A stretch of DNA of 64,000 bases. Source: Chiloscyllium plagiosum (Eukaryota). The position numbers and the translations under genes were made by a program. Below are positions 49,800 to 63,480 of this stretch, piece after piece. Each line of letters starts with the position of its first letter. Positions within the stretch are counted from its first letter, which is position 1. The stretch spans positions 13,522,506 to 13,586,505 of the forward strand of contig NC_057754.1 in assembly GCF_004010195.1 (NCBI RefSeq). The letters are read 5' to 3'. The notes under the pieces were generated by a model. The model was not told the origin of the DNA and searched no databases. It worked only from the letters and a program-made list of their open reading frames with translations.

Positions 49800-50560
49800 G
49801 CTGTCGCTAACAGGAAATATATAGTTTTGCCTCAGAGATCACCGTGGGGTCATCAATGACCAATAAGCTATGTCAAATATCTGGATGAAGGGACTGAGTG
49901 AATCAAAACTGAATTACTTTGTACACCAAGATGATCATTCAATACTTCTTCAAATGGATGTAATAAATCTGCATTGTGATATAGATAGGGAAGGTTAGTG
50001 AGCCAACCTTCAGCAGAAATAATATAACGCGCGTTGTCTATTGTGGTAGGGAGGATAGAACAGCAAGAAACAATTTAAATGTAGAGAGATCGCAGAACTC
50101 TTTGAGGCGATGTTTTTCATATTGCTGGTACATGAATCATATGATGTCTGTCTGCAGATGCAGCAAGTGATTTGGAAGGTAAGTGGAATGATGCTGTTTG
50201 TGGCAACGGGTATTGGGTTTAATCAGGAATGTTTTACTGCATCTGTACGGACATTGCTGAGACCACATCTGATACATTGCGTGCAGGTTTGATCCTCTAT
50301 TTTAAAAAAATATTATAACTCCGTTCGAAGATTTTCAAATATGCTTCCTTTTACTAATTCCTGAAATGAAGACCTTTTCTTATTGGAGTTATCTGTTTAG
50401 GTCTTGATGAGAAATCTTATTGAACCACGATTTTCAGAAAAGTGTATCAGCTGGATATATATGTATCTTGTTAAGGAGACTAAAGCGAGAGAATATTTTT
50501 TATGAATGAGATGCATTGATATTAACACAAATATTATGAAGATGTCAACTCATTTTTACA
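49800..50560 (+). mobile_element. Old CR1 RT/3' remnant
   Basis: QMQQVIWKVSGMM...VRTLLRPHLIHCVQV. Confidence 0.7.
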
Positions 50561-50891
50561 AAATTACTTAGACACATGTCATCAAATTTTTTTGATGACA
50601 CATGTTTTTGCTAATGAAAGGCACTATGCATAACAACAGCAATGATGCACCTGCATACAGTTCATTATCATCCATTCCAGAACGTGGTCATTGAGATCGC
50701 ACATAGTCCAGTTTGGTGTTCAGTTGACATTATTGTATTTTTCCACACAGAGAGGGAGAAAAATGTTACTTGCCTCAGAAGCAGCAGCCGATTGGTCTCT
50801 CTCTCTCTAACTTTATTTTGCCTGAAAACAAGGTGCAAGAGCAGAAAATCCCTAATTCATCTTTACCACTCATGGAGGATTCCCGGAGTGA

Positions 50892-51834
50892 GACCATTCG
50901 TTGCAGCCATTTTTGCGCGAGCGATTTGGCGTGGCCAGTTTGGTGCAGCCCATTTTGCCGCAGACCCATTTAGGTGCAGAACTATTTCGACGCAGCTCAT
51001 ATTTACTCCTTTTCAGGCTTAGTTAAAAGCATTAATGAAAGTACTAAAAATAAAAATCATGTTTATTCTCTTCAGTAAAAATGTTAAAAAGATAAGAACT
51101 AAAAGAAATAAGTTAATTCCAGAAAAATCTAAAATATAGCGTTTATTTAAAATTATGAGCAATCCCTCATAAATGTTCAACATCATTTCTCTCACTAAAT
51201 CTTCTTACAAGTGTTTGTATTCTAGCGTCTGCTTCTTTAATTTCAACGGAATATCGTGCACTGCTACGAGATGCTCATGGTAAATGTCCCTTCCTCTCTG
51301 AACTTTTCGTAAACTGTCAATAAATTTCCAAATAACTGGATGTTCCACATCAAGTTCTCATTGTCATCTCCTGTGGACAGCTTCTGCATGATTGTTTGTT
51401 CTGTCCTCATTGTTTAAAGTTTGTTCATATAAATTCAACATTCCAACTGGAAAAAGCGGTGGACTCCGACCATTTCCTCTGTGTAATCTTCTACCTACAT
51501 AGTTATCCTCGAACTAGTCCAGCAGCGGATGCAGTTCATCTGGAAGCGCATCAGACAAATGTTGAATAGATTCATGAATGTTCTCAATCGGAATAAATGA
51601 AAGACCAATTATCATTTTAGCTCTGAAAGGAAACTCTGAGTCAATGTTATACTTACTCAAGTGTCTTTTTAACATTTTTACGAAAGAGAATAAACATTAT
51701 TTCTATTTTATTGCTTTGTCTAATGCTTTTATCTAAGCCTGAAAAGGAATAAATATGAGCTGCACTGAAATAGTTCTGCGCCTAAATGGGTCTGTGGCAA
51801 TATGGGCTGCACCAAACAGACCGTACCAAACAGA
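50892..51834 (-). mobile_element. Mutator-like (MULE) DNA transposon, internally deleted, long TIRs
   Basis: ~170-bp imperfect TIRs (about 50920-51094 and 51662-51834) with ~15-bp sub-repeats. Minus strand 51660-51150 reads AKMIIGLSFIPIENI...LD*FEDNYVGR...PPLFP...RTNNHAEAVHRR...HPVIWKFIDSLRKVQ...GIAHNF. Confidence 0.85.
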
Positions 51835-52104
51835 ATGAAGTATTCAGTAAATTACACAGCACAGGAGGACGCCATACAACCATCCCAAGCTGTTATGCAG
51901 AAGCAGAGGCGCCCTGGGTAGCTGTCAGGAAATACAGAGTACAGATCATTACTCATTTTTATTTGGAAAGCTGTAACGAGTGGAATTCTTCAGGGATTTG
52001 TGTGAGCTCATCAACAAATTATAATCTATACTAATGAACCGGATGAAGGGGATGGAGCTCAGTTTGCTCATGCACCAGGATAATCATTCAATAAGATGCC
52101 AAAT

Positions 52105-54110
52105 GGAGACAGAGCGTCTGCAATGGGATACAGACTGGGAGAGGACAGATCATCTGCAATGGGATACAGACAGGGGGAGGGCAGAGCATCTACAGAGGGA
52201 TACAGACGGGTAAGGTCAGAACACCTGCAATGAGATACAGACAGGGGAGAGTGCAGAACATCTGCAATGGGATATAACAGTGGAGGGAAGACTGCCTGCA
52301 GTAAGATACAGGCGAGGGAGGACAGAGCGTCTGCAATGGGATACAGACAGGGGGAGTGCAGAGCGTCTGCAATGGGATACGGACAGTGGGAGGGCTGAGA
52401 CTCTGCAATGGGATACAGACGGGGAGGGCAGAGCGTCTGCAATGGGACAACGACAGGGGGAGTGCTGAGCGCCTGCAATGGGATACTGACAGGGGGAGGG
52501 CTGAGCATCTGCAATGGGATACAGACGGGGAGGGCAGAACGTCTGCAATGGTATACAGACGGGGGAGGGCAAAGCATCTGCAATGGGATAACGACAGGGG
52601 GAGGACGGACCGTCTGCAATAGGATACAGACAGGGGGAGGGCAGAGCATCTGCAATGGGATACAGACAGGGGAGGGAAGATTGTCTGCAGTGAGACACAG
52701 ACGGGGGAGGGCAGAGCGTCTGCAATGGGATACAGACAGGGGAGGCAGAGCATCTGCAATCTGATACAGACGGGGAGGGCTTTTCTTCTGCAATGAGATA
52801 CAGATAGGGGAAGGGCAGAGCGTCTGCAATGGGATACAGACAGGGAGGGGATAGCATCTACAATGTGATACAGACAGGAGGAGGGCAGGGCGTCTGCAAT
52901 GGGATAAGGACAGGGTGAGGGAAGAGCATCTGCAATGGGATACAGACAGGGGGAGGGCAGAGAGTCTGCAATGGGATACAGACAGGGGAGGACAGACCGT
53001 CTGCAATGGGATACAGACGGAGGAGGGTAGAGCATCTGCAATGGGATAGAGATGGGGGAGGGCAGAACATCTGCAATGAGACTGGGATAGAGACGGGGAA
53101 AGGCAGAGCATCTGCAATTGGAGACAGGCAAGGGGAGGGCAGAGACTCTGCAATGGGACACTGACTGGGAGAGGACTGATCTTCTGCAATGGGATACAGA
53201 CGGAGGAGTGCAGAGCATCTGTAATGGGATACGGACGGGGGACGGCAGAGTGTCTCCAATGGGATACTGACAGGGATACAGACGGAGGAGGGTAGAGCAT
53301 CTGCAATGGGATACAGATAGGGGGAGGGCAGAGAGTCTGCAATGGGATACAGACAGGGGAGGACAGACCGTCTGCAATGGGATACAGACGGAGGAGGGTA
53401 GAGCATCTGCAATGGGATCGAGATGGGGGAGGGCAGAGCATCAGCAATGAGATACAGACAGTGGAGGGAAGATTGTCTGCAGTGGGATACAGATGGGAGA
53501 GGGCAGAGCGTCTGCAATGAAATACCGACAGGAGGAGGGCAGAGCGTCTGCAATGGGATACAGACAGGGGAGGTCAGAGCGTCTGCAATGGGATACAGAC
53601 AGCGGAGGGCAGAACGAGGAGCAGTGCGTCCACAATGGGATACAGAGCGTCTGCACTGGGATAGAGACGGGGAAAGGCAGAGCATCTGCAATTGGAGACA
53701 AGCAAGGGGAGGGCAGAGACTCTGCAATGGGACACTGACTGGGAGAGGACTGATCTTCTGCAATGGGATACAGACGGAGGAGTGCAGAGCATCCGTAATG
53801 GGATACGGACAGGGGGACGGCAGAGTGTCTCCAATGGGATACTGACAGGGATAGGGCAGAGCACCTGCAATGGGATACAGACGGTGGAAGGGGCAGAGTG
53901 TCTGCAATGGGATACAGACAGAGGAGTGGAGAGCATCTACAATGGGATACAGACGGGGGAGGGCAGTGCGTCGGCATTGGGATACAGCCAGGGGAAGGCA
54001 AAGTGTCTGCAATGGAATGCGACAGGGGGAGGGCAGTGCGTCTGCAATGGGATACAGACAGGGGGAGGGCAGAGCGTCTGCAATGTGATACAGACAGGGG
54101 AGGGAAGAGC
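52105..54110. repeat. ~35-36-bp G-rich minisatellite, roughly 55 units, with higher-order duplications
   Basis: Unit gggggagggcagagcgtctgcaatgggatacagaca; the 12-aa periodicity of the ORF translations agrees. Confidence 0.97.
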
Positions 54111-54119
54111 CAGAAGTCA

Positions 54120-55335
54120 TGGTTACAAAGGACAGAGTGACACAGCTAGAAACAGTGATGACATCCTGCAGAGTGAATGAAGAAAGCTAGGGAAAAGGAT
54201 AAAAGACAGGACCATGACAGTGGTAATATCCAGTTTACTTTAGGTGTTCCGTGCTAGTGAGGGTAAGAACAGGAGGATATGGCGGATGAAGGGGTGGCTA
54301 AAGAATTGGTGTAGGGGGCAGAGACTTTTGGATTACTGAGATCTTTTGTGGGGAAGAGGTGACGTGTTCAGGAAGGACGTGTTGTACCTGAACTGGAAGG
54401 GGACCAATATCCTGGCACGCAGCTTTGCAACTGCTGCAAGGGAGGGTTTCAACTAGATTGGCTGGGGTTGGGGAGGGGTGGGATCCTCGACAGCAGGGAG
54501 GCAAGTGCGAGGCTGGAAGGAGATACAGTAATCAGAAACAGTAAAGTGAAGAGACAGGTCAGGCTAGCAACGACAGGGAGCAAGGAATGCCTGTTGGATT
54601 AAATTGCAACTGTTTCAATGGGATGGCTAACAGGTAAGGCCGATGAACTCAGGGCATGGATCAATACATGAGACTGGAATATTATAGCCATTACATATGC
54701 ATGGCTAAGGGAGGGACAGCACTGGCAGCTTAATGTACCAGTGTACAAGAGTTTATGCGGGACAGAGATGGTGGAAGGAGGGGATGGGGAGTTTCATTTT
54801 TGATTAAGGCGAGTATCACAGCAGTAATCAGAGATAAAATAACCATTCTGTGAGGATTTGTATGGGGAGCTAAGAAATAATAAGGGAATGGTGATAGTAT
54901 TTGGATTGTACTATAGGCCCCCAAATAGTAAACGAGGAATTAGGGCAACAAAAAATATGTAGACAGACTGGGGACACTTGCAGGCCAATAGGATTGCATT
55001 AGTAGGAGATTTAAAATTTCCTAACATAGACTGGGAATGACATAGCATTAAAGACTGAGATGGGGTGTACCTATTAAGTGTGTTCAGAATAGTTTCCTCA
55101 AGCAGTAATTAGAGGGTGCAACTCGGGAAGGGACGAAACTTGACCTACCCTAACATCTAGGACAGGACAGGTGACTGAGGTGACAGTGGGGGAGCACTCT
55201 GGGACCAGTGACCATAGTTCTATTAATTTTTAAATAGTTATGGAGAAGAACAAAACTGCTCCACATTTTCAGGTTCAAAATTGGGGCAAGGCGAATTTTG
55301 ATGGAATTGGACAGGAGCTTGTAGGGGTTGGTTTA
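54120..55335 (+). mobile_element. Decayed CR1: ORF1 esterase C-terminus and ORF2 endonuclease
   Basis: FRKDVLYLNWKGTNIL; GKADELRAWINT; GLYYRPPNS; VGDLK; GTSDHSSI. Confidence 0.88.
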
Positions 55336-55339
55336 GGAA

Positions 55340-56590
55340 AACAACACAAGATGAAAGTATATAAAATTACAAAATTACAATCTCAGCAATAAGCAAACAA
55401 AACAAATCTCTCAGAAACATCTCCCAATAATCAAATAAACCCGCGAGCTAAAGATAAGTGTGTATAAAAAGGATAAGGAACGACGCTCTCCCCCCCTCCC
55501 CCAACAAGGAAAGATGAAGAAGAAAAAGAGGAAGAAATGAGGAGGAAAAAACAAAAGGGGGGTGCAAAATAAAGTCATTATCCACACAGTTCAAGTCCCG
55601 TACTCTATTTGAGAACATCCAGGAATTCTTTTACTTTTTCCAGTGATCTGAAGTTATATAGATCCTCCATGACTGCAGCATAGCATTGCCGGATATCGCA
55701 TAGAATATTGAATATTTAAATCCCTCAGACGCTTCTTCACCTCATCAAATGCCTTCCTCTTTCGGACCACATTATCCTGGAGCCCTTGTATATCATGGCA
55801 TGGGGATCCTTTTCCAACACTCTGGAAGAGTCCAACAGCATCTGTTTTTCCCTGTAATGTTGAAGTTGAACTAGGACTGGGCGGGGGCACTGGTCCGACC
55901 CGGGCCAGCGCACAGCAACACGGTGAGCCCTCTCAACCCGCACCAGGCCCAGCTCCGACTCCAGTTTCAGCAGGTGTGGGAGCCATGGCTCCAGGAAATC
56001 AACAAGCTGCCCTTCCTCGTCCCGTTCGGGAAGGCCCAGCAACCGAATATTTTCCCAATGACCTTGATTTCCGCGGTCATCAATATGTTCTTCTACGGTC
56101 GGGACTCGATGTTCCAGAGCCCAGACCTGACCCATGGATGACTCAGCAGTGGTTTCGGAGGCCGAGACCCGTTGGTCTGCTCCCCTAACCCGCTGCCCGA
56201 GTTTCTCGATCTCTCCGTCATGTTTCTGCAGCATGACAGAGATTGACTCCCACCTGGACTGGGTCTCATCAATGGACGCATTAATCTTCTCTCCGAGTTT
56301 AACAAGCTCCAAGATCAGGCTCGCCCCTGCAGGTGAGTCCCCCGGGGCGGCTGCAGATGTCCCTCTTGCTGCGAGGTGGGGGGAGGAGTCCCTGCCTGTT
56401 GTGAACTGTGTGACCTTTTGCCTTTGGTCATTTTAAAAAGCATCAAACTGCAAAATGGCCAAGGCTGCAGGGCGAAAACTATTTTAAACAATTTAACAGG
56501 TGAGGTGAGGGTGGGTCACTTTGCCTGAGTCTTGGGCAGAGCTCTGCAGACTCAAACCTACTGGGTCGCTGCCTTCTTGGATCTCGCTGA
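55340..56590 (-). mobile_element. L1-clade LINE 5' part (5' UTR, ORF1, spacer)
   Basis: 55737-56312 coiled coil, ENIRLLGLPE, VERAHRV...PRPVLV; 55654-55890 RKAFDEVKKRLRDLNIQYSMRYPAML. Confidence 0.9.
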
Positions 56591-58150
56591 CACTCTGTTT
56601 AAAAGGGGAATAAGGCAAAAGACAGAAAATTACAAACTGATCAGCCTAATCTCGGTCGTGGGTGAGTTCCTGGAATCCATTGTGAAGGATGAGATTTCTA
56701 AATATTTGCCAGTGCATGGGAAAGTAGGACGACGTCAGTATGGGTTCGTCAAGGGGAGGTCACGCTAATGAATCTGTTAGAATTGTTTGAGGATGTAACA
56801 AGCAGGTGAGACCAAGGAGAGCTAATAGATGTTATCTATCTCCACTTCAAGAAGGGCGTTGACAAGTTGCCTCACAGGAGGATGCTGAGTAAGATAAGGG
56901 CCCATGGTGTCAGGGACAAGGTACGAGCGTGTATAGAAGCTTGACTGTCTGGCAGAAAGTAGAGAGTGGGAATAAAAGGGTCTTTCTCTGGATAGCAGCC
57001 GATGACAACTGGTGTTCGGCAAGGGAACCAATTTTTTTTCTTTGTACATTAACAATCTAGATGAAGGAACTGAGGGCAATGCGGCGAGACTTTTAGATGA
57101 TGCAAAGGTAGGTAGTGGGACAGGTATCATTGAGGAGGCAGGGAGGCTGTAGAAAGATTTATACAGGGTAGGAGAGTGGGCAAACAAGTGGCAGATGGAG
57201 TACAACCTGAGAAAGCCCGTGGTGATGCACTTTAGTAGGAAGAAGAGAGGCATTGATCATTTTATACCTTCGGAGAAAATTCAGAAGTCTGAAGTACAAA
57301 GAGTGTTGCGAATTCCAGTCCAGGATTGTCTCATGGTAATCGTACAAGTTGAGTCAGTAGTTAGGAAGGTGTTGTATCTGCCGCACAACGTGTTTGAAAT
57401 CTTATATTCATCAAAAGAACTGAGTCAACTCTTATAAAGACAGAGAAGTCTGGGTATTCAGGTCCATTGATCCATGAAGGTGGCAACGCAGGTCAGTAAA
57501 GTTGTCAAGATGTTATATGGCGTGCATTCCTTCATTGGATCAGATGTTGAGTACAAGCGTTGGCAGATCATATTAGAGTTGCATAGGATTTAGTTTAGCC
57601 GCATTTGGAATACTGCATATAGTTCTGATCACCACATTACCAAAAGGATGTGGATGCTTTGAATATTGTGCAGAGTAGGTTTACCAGAATGTTGCCTGGT
57701 ATGGGGTGCTGGTTATGAAGAAAGATTGAGTAGATTAGGATTACCTTCATGATAATGACGAAGGTTGAGGGAGGACCTGATTGAGGTCTTCAAAATCAAG
57801 AGAAATATAGACAGGGTGAATAGCAAGAAGCTTTTTTTCCCAGATTGTGAAACTCAATTACTAGAGGTCATGAGTTCAAAATGAGAGGGGAAAGGAGTAG
57901 TGCAGATATATGTGGGAAGTCCTTTACACATAGGGTGGTGACAGCCTGGAACGTGTTGCCAGCGGAGGTGGTAGGGGAAGGAACGTTGGGGCCACCTAAA
58001 GTGTATCTGATAGATACATGAATGGGCAGGGAGCAGAGGGATACAGACCCTTAGAAATTAGGTGGCCGGTTTAGAAAATAGGAGGATCTGGATCGGCACA
58101 GGTCATGTGGGCCGAAGGCTCTGTTCCTGTGCTGGAAGGTTCTTTGTTCT
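56590..58150 (+). mobile_element. Composite CR1 RT to 3' end
   Basis: ENYKLISLISVVGEFLESIVKD...QYGFVKGRS; WQMEYN; 3' tail gggccgaaggctctgttcctgtgctg. Confidence 0.88.
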
Positions 58151-58254
58151 TTACCTAAAAATAGCAAGTTATCAACTTATTGAATGCTACAATTTAATAA
58201 TATAAACTATTTATTCATTTGGCAGTGCATGTCAACTTATTGTCATTTCTAAGT

Positions 58255-58715
58255 TATAGTTACAGGGTCAAACAGATGTATAGCGTGGAAACAGAACCTT
58301 CGGTCCAACTCGTCCATGCTGACCAGATATTCCAACCCAATCTAGTCCCACTTGCTAGCAATCAGCCCATATCCCTCCAAACCCTTTCTATTCATATACC
58401 CATCTATATGCCTTTTATTTGTTGCAATTGTACTAACCTCCACCACTTCCTCTGATAGCTCACTCCATACACGTACCATCTTCTGTGTGAAAAGGTTGTC
58501 CCTTACGTCTCTTTTATATTTTTTCCTTCCCAACCTAAACCTATGCCCTCTAGTCCTGGACTCCCCCACACACCAGGGAAAAAAACTTGACTATTTCCCC
58601 ATTTGTGTCCCTCATAATTTTATATACCACTATAAGGTCACCCTCAGCCTCCAATGTTCCAAGGAAAATAGCCCCAGCGTATTCAACCTCCAGCTAAAGC
58701 TCAAACCCTCCAGCT
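58255..58715 (-). mobile_element. CR1 3' fragment
   Basis: GESRTRGHRFRL...FTQKMVRVWSEL...HIDGYMNRKGLEGYG. Confidence 0.88.
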
Positions 58716-60840
58716 ATAACCCTCACCATCAAACTGGCAGACAAGGGAGGTGCAGTGGGAGTTTGGCACACCCATCCTTACATCACTGAGGCTAGACGCC
58801 AACGCGTGGACACCTCCTCCCACTGCTCCGTTGACCATGACCCCACCTCCCACCACCAAACCATCATCTCGCAGACCATCCACAACCTCATCACCTTAGG
58901 GGATCTCCCATCCACTGCCTGCAACCTCATGGTCCCTTAACTCCGCATCGCCCGTTTCTACCTCCTGTCCAAAATCCACTAACCCAACTGCTCCGGCCGA
59001 CCATTGTCTCAGCCTGCTCCTGCTCCACCGAACTCATCTCTGCATACCTCGACACGGTCCTGTCCCCCTTAGTCCAAGAACTCCCCACCTACTTCGGGAC
59101 ACCACCCACACCCTCCAACTCCTCCATGATTTTTGCTTCCCCGGCCTGCAACGCCTTGGCTTCACGATGGACATCCAGTCCCTATACACTTCCATCTGCC
59201 ATCAGGAAGGCCTCCAAGCCCTCCGCTTCTTCCTCTCCCGCGGACCCAACCAGTAGCCTTCCACTGACACCCTCCTTCGACTGACTGAACTGGTCCTCAC
59301 TTCTCCTTCCAATCCTTCCACTTCCTCCAAACCAAAGGAATAGCCATGGGCACCCACATGGGCCCCAGCTATGTCTGCCAATTCGTTGGACATGGGGAGC
59401 AATCCATCTTCCGCAGCTACACTGGCACCACCCTCACCTTTTCCTCCGCTACATTGATAATTGTATTGGCGCTACCTCGTGCTCTCACGAGGACATTGAA
59501 CAGTTCATCCACTTAACAAACACTTTCCACCCGAACTCAAATTTATCTGGAACGTCTCAGACTCCTCCCTCCCCTTCCTCAATCTCTCCATTTCTACCTC
59601 GGGCAACCGCCTCAACACAGACATTTACTACAAACTGACCGACTCCCACAGCTACCGAGATAACACTTCCTCCCTCCCTGCCACTTGTAAAACTGCCATC
59701 CCATATTCTCAATTCCTTTGCATCCACCGCATCTGCTCCCAGGAGGACCAATTCCACTACCGAGTAGCCCAAATGGCCTCCTTCTTCAAAGACCACAATT
59801 TCCCCTCTGACGTGGTCGATGATGCTCTCCACTGCAACTCCTCCACTTCGCGCACCTCTGCACTTGAACCCCGCCCCTCCAATCGCCACCAGGACAGAGC
59901 CCCACTGGTGCTCACCTTCCACCCCACCAACCCCCGGATACATCGTATCATCTTCTGTCATTTCCGCCACCTCCAAACAGACCCCACCACCTGGGATATA
60001 TTGCCCTCCCCACTCCTATCAACGTTCCGAAGAGACCACTTCCTCCTGCGACTACCTCATAAAGGTCCACAGCCCCACTAACCCAACCTCCACTCCTGGC
60101 ATCTTCCCATCCAACCGCAAGAAGTGCAAAACTTGCACCATAACGTCCCCCTCACCTTCCTCCAAGGCCCCAGTGGATGCTTCCAAATCCATCGCAAATT
60201 CACTTGCACCTCCACACACATCATTTACTGTATCCGCTGCACCCGATATGGTCTCCTCTACATTGGGGAGACAGGCCGCCGACTTGCAGAACATTTCAGG
60301 GAACACCTCTGGGACACCCGGACCAACCAATCCAAATGCCCCGTGGCTGAACACTTTAACACCCCCTCCCACTCCATCAAGGACATGCAGGTCCTTGGCC
60401 TCCTCCATCACCAGAACCTGGCCACACGACGCCTGGAGGAAGAGCACCTCATCTTCCGCCTAGGATTCCTCCAACCACACGGGATAAATGTAGATTTCTC
60501 CAGCTTCCTCATTTCCCCTCCCCCCACCTTAACCCAGTCCCAAGCCCCGGATTCAGCACCGCCCTCTTTACCTGCAATCTTCTTCTCGACCTCTCCGCCC
60601 CCACCCCCTCTCCGGCCATTACCCCTCACCCTCGCGTCCTTGCACCTATCGCATTCCCAGCACCGCTCCCCCCTACTTTTTGTTTCAGCACCCTTGGCAC
60701 ACCAGCTAAATTCCTGAAGAAGGGCTTATGCCAGAAACATCGATTCTCCTGCTCCTCGGATGCTGCCTGGCTGCGCTTTTCCAGCACCACACTTTTCAAC
60801 TCTGGTCTCCAGCATCTGCAGTCCTCACTTTCTCCTAGTT
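58716..60840 (+). mobile_element. Penelope-like element copy A (5'-truncated): RT, GIY-YIG endonuclease, pLTR
   Basis: ADKGGAV, FTMDIQSLYT, AMGTHMGPSY, FLRYIDNCIG; GIY-YIG HIIYCIRCTRYGLLYIGETGRRLAEHFREH; pLTR with hammerhead-like ttcctgaagaagggcttatgccagaaacatc at about 60710-60745. Confidence 0.95.
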
Positions 60841-63480
60841 GATCTTAAACTACTGCGAATCCTCTTGCAAGGATGCCTAACTTGAAGAAGTTGTCCTCCT
60901 CCCTCTAAAAGGATCTCAGTGAGTCCCTCTCTCACTGCACCCCCCATGTCATCTCCTCTGCCCTGAAGCTCTTCAGCCACGTCCTCAAACAGACTCGCTA
61001 CCACAGTCACATCTCCTTCCTCAGCACCTGCCTACGGAACCGACTGACCCTGCATGGACTCCGGACTACATTCAGACCAACACAATTTAGACCCAACCAG
61101 GACAACCAGTACCTACAACAAATCCGAATCCTCCAGCAACAGACCTCTCTCCGGATCCTCCGCTCTACGCTCGCAGCCATGCGCCTACACTCCCTGCAGT
61201 CAGCCCTGCCCCAGCTCAGGACAACTCTCTCCCAGACCTGCAAAGGACCTTTGTTGTTCTTCCTCCTCAGAAGAATTCATACACTGAATAAACGGTTTTT
61301 CCTAGCCATATCGAACATCAAAGAAAGTAAGTACAAAAAAAATTCATGTACTCACCCGCACACTCCAGATTCCTCGACCGTTCCAAACCCTCTCGCGACC
61401 TCCGGAACCGCTCGGGCACAATTGCCCACGCGGCTGCTGCAGCCGCCACCACCGCGGTGAACAGTGACATCACTTCCGTCCCCACCGCCGCACAGACAAC
61501 AGCCACCACCGACCATGCAGCCGTCAGCGTAGCCACTTCCGCCCCGGGAGCTGCCGTCGCCGCAGCAACTTCTGCCCCCAGTGATGTCACTCACCTGCTC
61601 AAGCACCACACCGCAAGCTACGCCACTCCCACGTCAATCTCCGTCTCCACTCCCAGCTCCAGGCCCACACCAGGTCCCAGCAACAAACCCTGCCGTATTT
61701 TCACCATCCCTCCAGACGTCCCCCTCTCTGAGGATGAATGATCAATCCTCAGCAGAGGCCTCATCTTCATCCCCATACGCTCCAGGATCAATGAGTTCGA
61801 CACGCAGCTCGACATTGAGCATTTTTTCTGCCTCCTTCACCTCTGCACCTACTTCTTCCACCAGGACTCCCGCCCACCCTCTGACGACCCCTTCTCCCGC
61901 CTCCAACACACCCCATCCACCTGGACAACCCATGCTGGCCTCTTACCCGCCCTCGATCTTTTCATATCCAACTGCCGACGCGACATTAACCGCCTCAATC
62001 TGTCCACCCCTCTCACCCACTCCAACCTCTCAGCCTCGCAACGCGCAGCCTCCATTCCCTCCGCTCAACACCAACCTCACTACCAAACTGCAGACAAGGG
62101 AGGTGCAGTGGGAGTTTGGCACACCTATCTTTACACCACTGAGGCTAAACGTGAACTCACGGACACCTCCTCCTACTGCCCACTTGGCCATGACCCCACC
62201 TCCCACCACCAAACCATTACCTCCCAGACCATCCATAACCTCATCACCTCAGGAGATCTCCCATCCACCGCCTCCAATCTCATAGTCCCACAACCTCACA
62301 CCGCTCGTTTCTACCTCCTGCCCAAAATCCACAAACCCGACTGCCCCGGCCGACCCATTATCTCAGCCTACTCCAGCCCCACCAAACTCATCTCTGCATA
62401 CCTCTATATGGTCCGGTCCGCCTTAGTCCAAGAACTCCCCACCTACGTTTGGGACACCACCCACACGCTCCACCTCCTCCATGATCTTCGCTTCCACTGC
62501 CCCCAATGCCTTATCTTCACGATGGACATCCAGTCCCTACACACTTCCATCCGCCATCATGAAGGTCTCCAAGCCCTCCGCTTCTTCTTCTCCCACTGAT
62601 CCAACCAGTACCCTTCCACTGACACCCTCCTTCGACTGACTGAACTGGTCCTCACTCTTAACAACTTCTTCTTCCAATCCTCCCACTTTCTCCAAATCAA
62701 ATGAGTAGCCATGGGTACCCCATGGGCCCCAGCTATGCCTGCCTCTTCGTTGTATATGTAGAACAGTCCATCTTCCGCAGCTATACTGGCACCACCCCCC
62801 ACCTTTTCCTCCGCTACATTCTTGACTGTATCGCCACTACCTCGTGCTCCCACGAGGAGGCTGAACAGTTCATCCACTTTACTAACACCTTCCGCCCCGA
62901 CCTCAAATTTACCTGGACCGTCTCAGCCTACTCCCTCCACTTCCTCAACCTCTCCATTTCTATCTCGGGCGACCGACTCAACACAGACATTTACTACAAA
63001 TCAACCGACACCCACAGTTACCTAGATTACATCTTCTCCCACCCTGCCCCCTGTAAAAACGTCATCCCATATTCCCAATTCCTTCGCATCCGCCGCATCT
63101 GCTCCCAGGACGACCAATTCCAGTACCGATCAACCCAAATGGCCACCTTCTTCAAAGACCGCAATTTCCGCTCTGGTGTGATCGATGATGCTCTCCACTG
63201 CATCTCCTCCACGTCGCGCACCTCTGCACTTGAACTCGACCCTTCCAATCGCCACTAGGACAGAACCCCACTGGTCCTCACCTTCCACCCCACCAACCTT
63301 CGGATACATCGTATCATCTTCCGTCATTTCCGCCACCTCCAAACAGACCCCACCACCAGGGATATATTGCCCTCCCCACCCCTATCAGCGTTCCGGAGAG
63401 ACCACTTCCTCCACGAATCCCTCGTCAGGTCCACAACAGCCCCAACCCAACCTCCACTCCCGGTACCTTCCCATGCAACC
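60841..63480 (+). mobile_element. Penelope-like element copy B in tandem (N-terminus through RT), runs into gap
   Basis: N-terminal region, LSRGLIFIP, FYLLPKIHKPDCPGRPIIS, FTMDIQSL, MGPSYACLF, FLRYILDC, YYKSTD; stops and frameshifts present. Confidence 0.95.

Noticed and set aside
52068..54180. Long Cys/Pro-rich ORFs (up to 459 aa) as a novel keratin-associated or metallothionein-like gene; also a CRISPR-like look
   Set aside because: All frames are translations of a 36-bp minisatellite; units are contiguous with no unique spacers, and there are no cas genes.
59202..63342. Minus-strand ORFs over the Penelope copies
   Set aside because: Antisense shadows of C-rich Penelope coding sequence.
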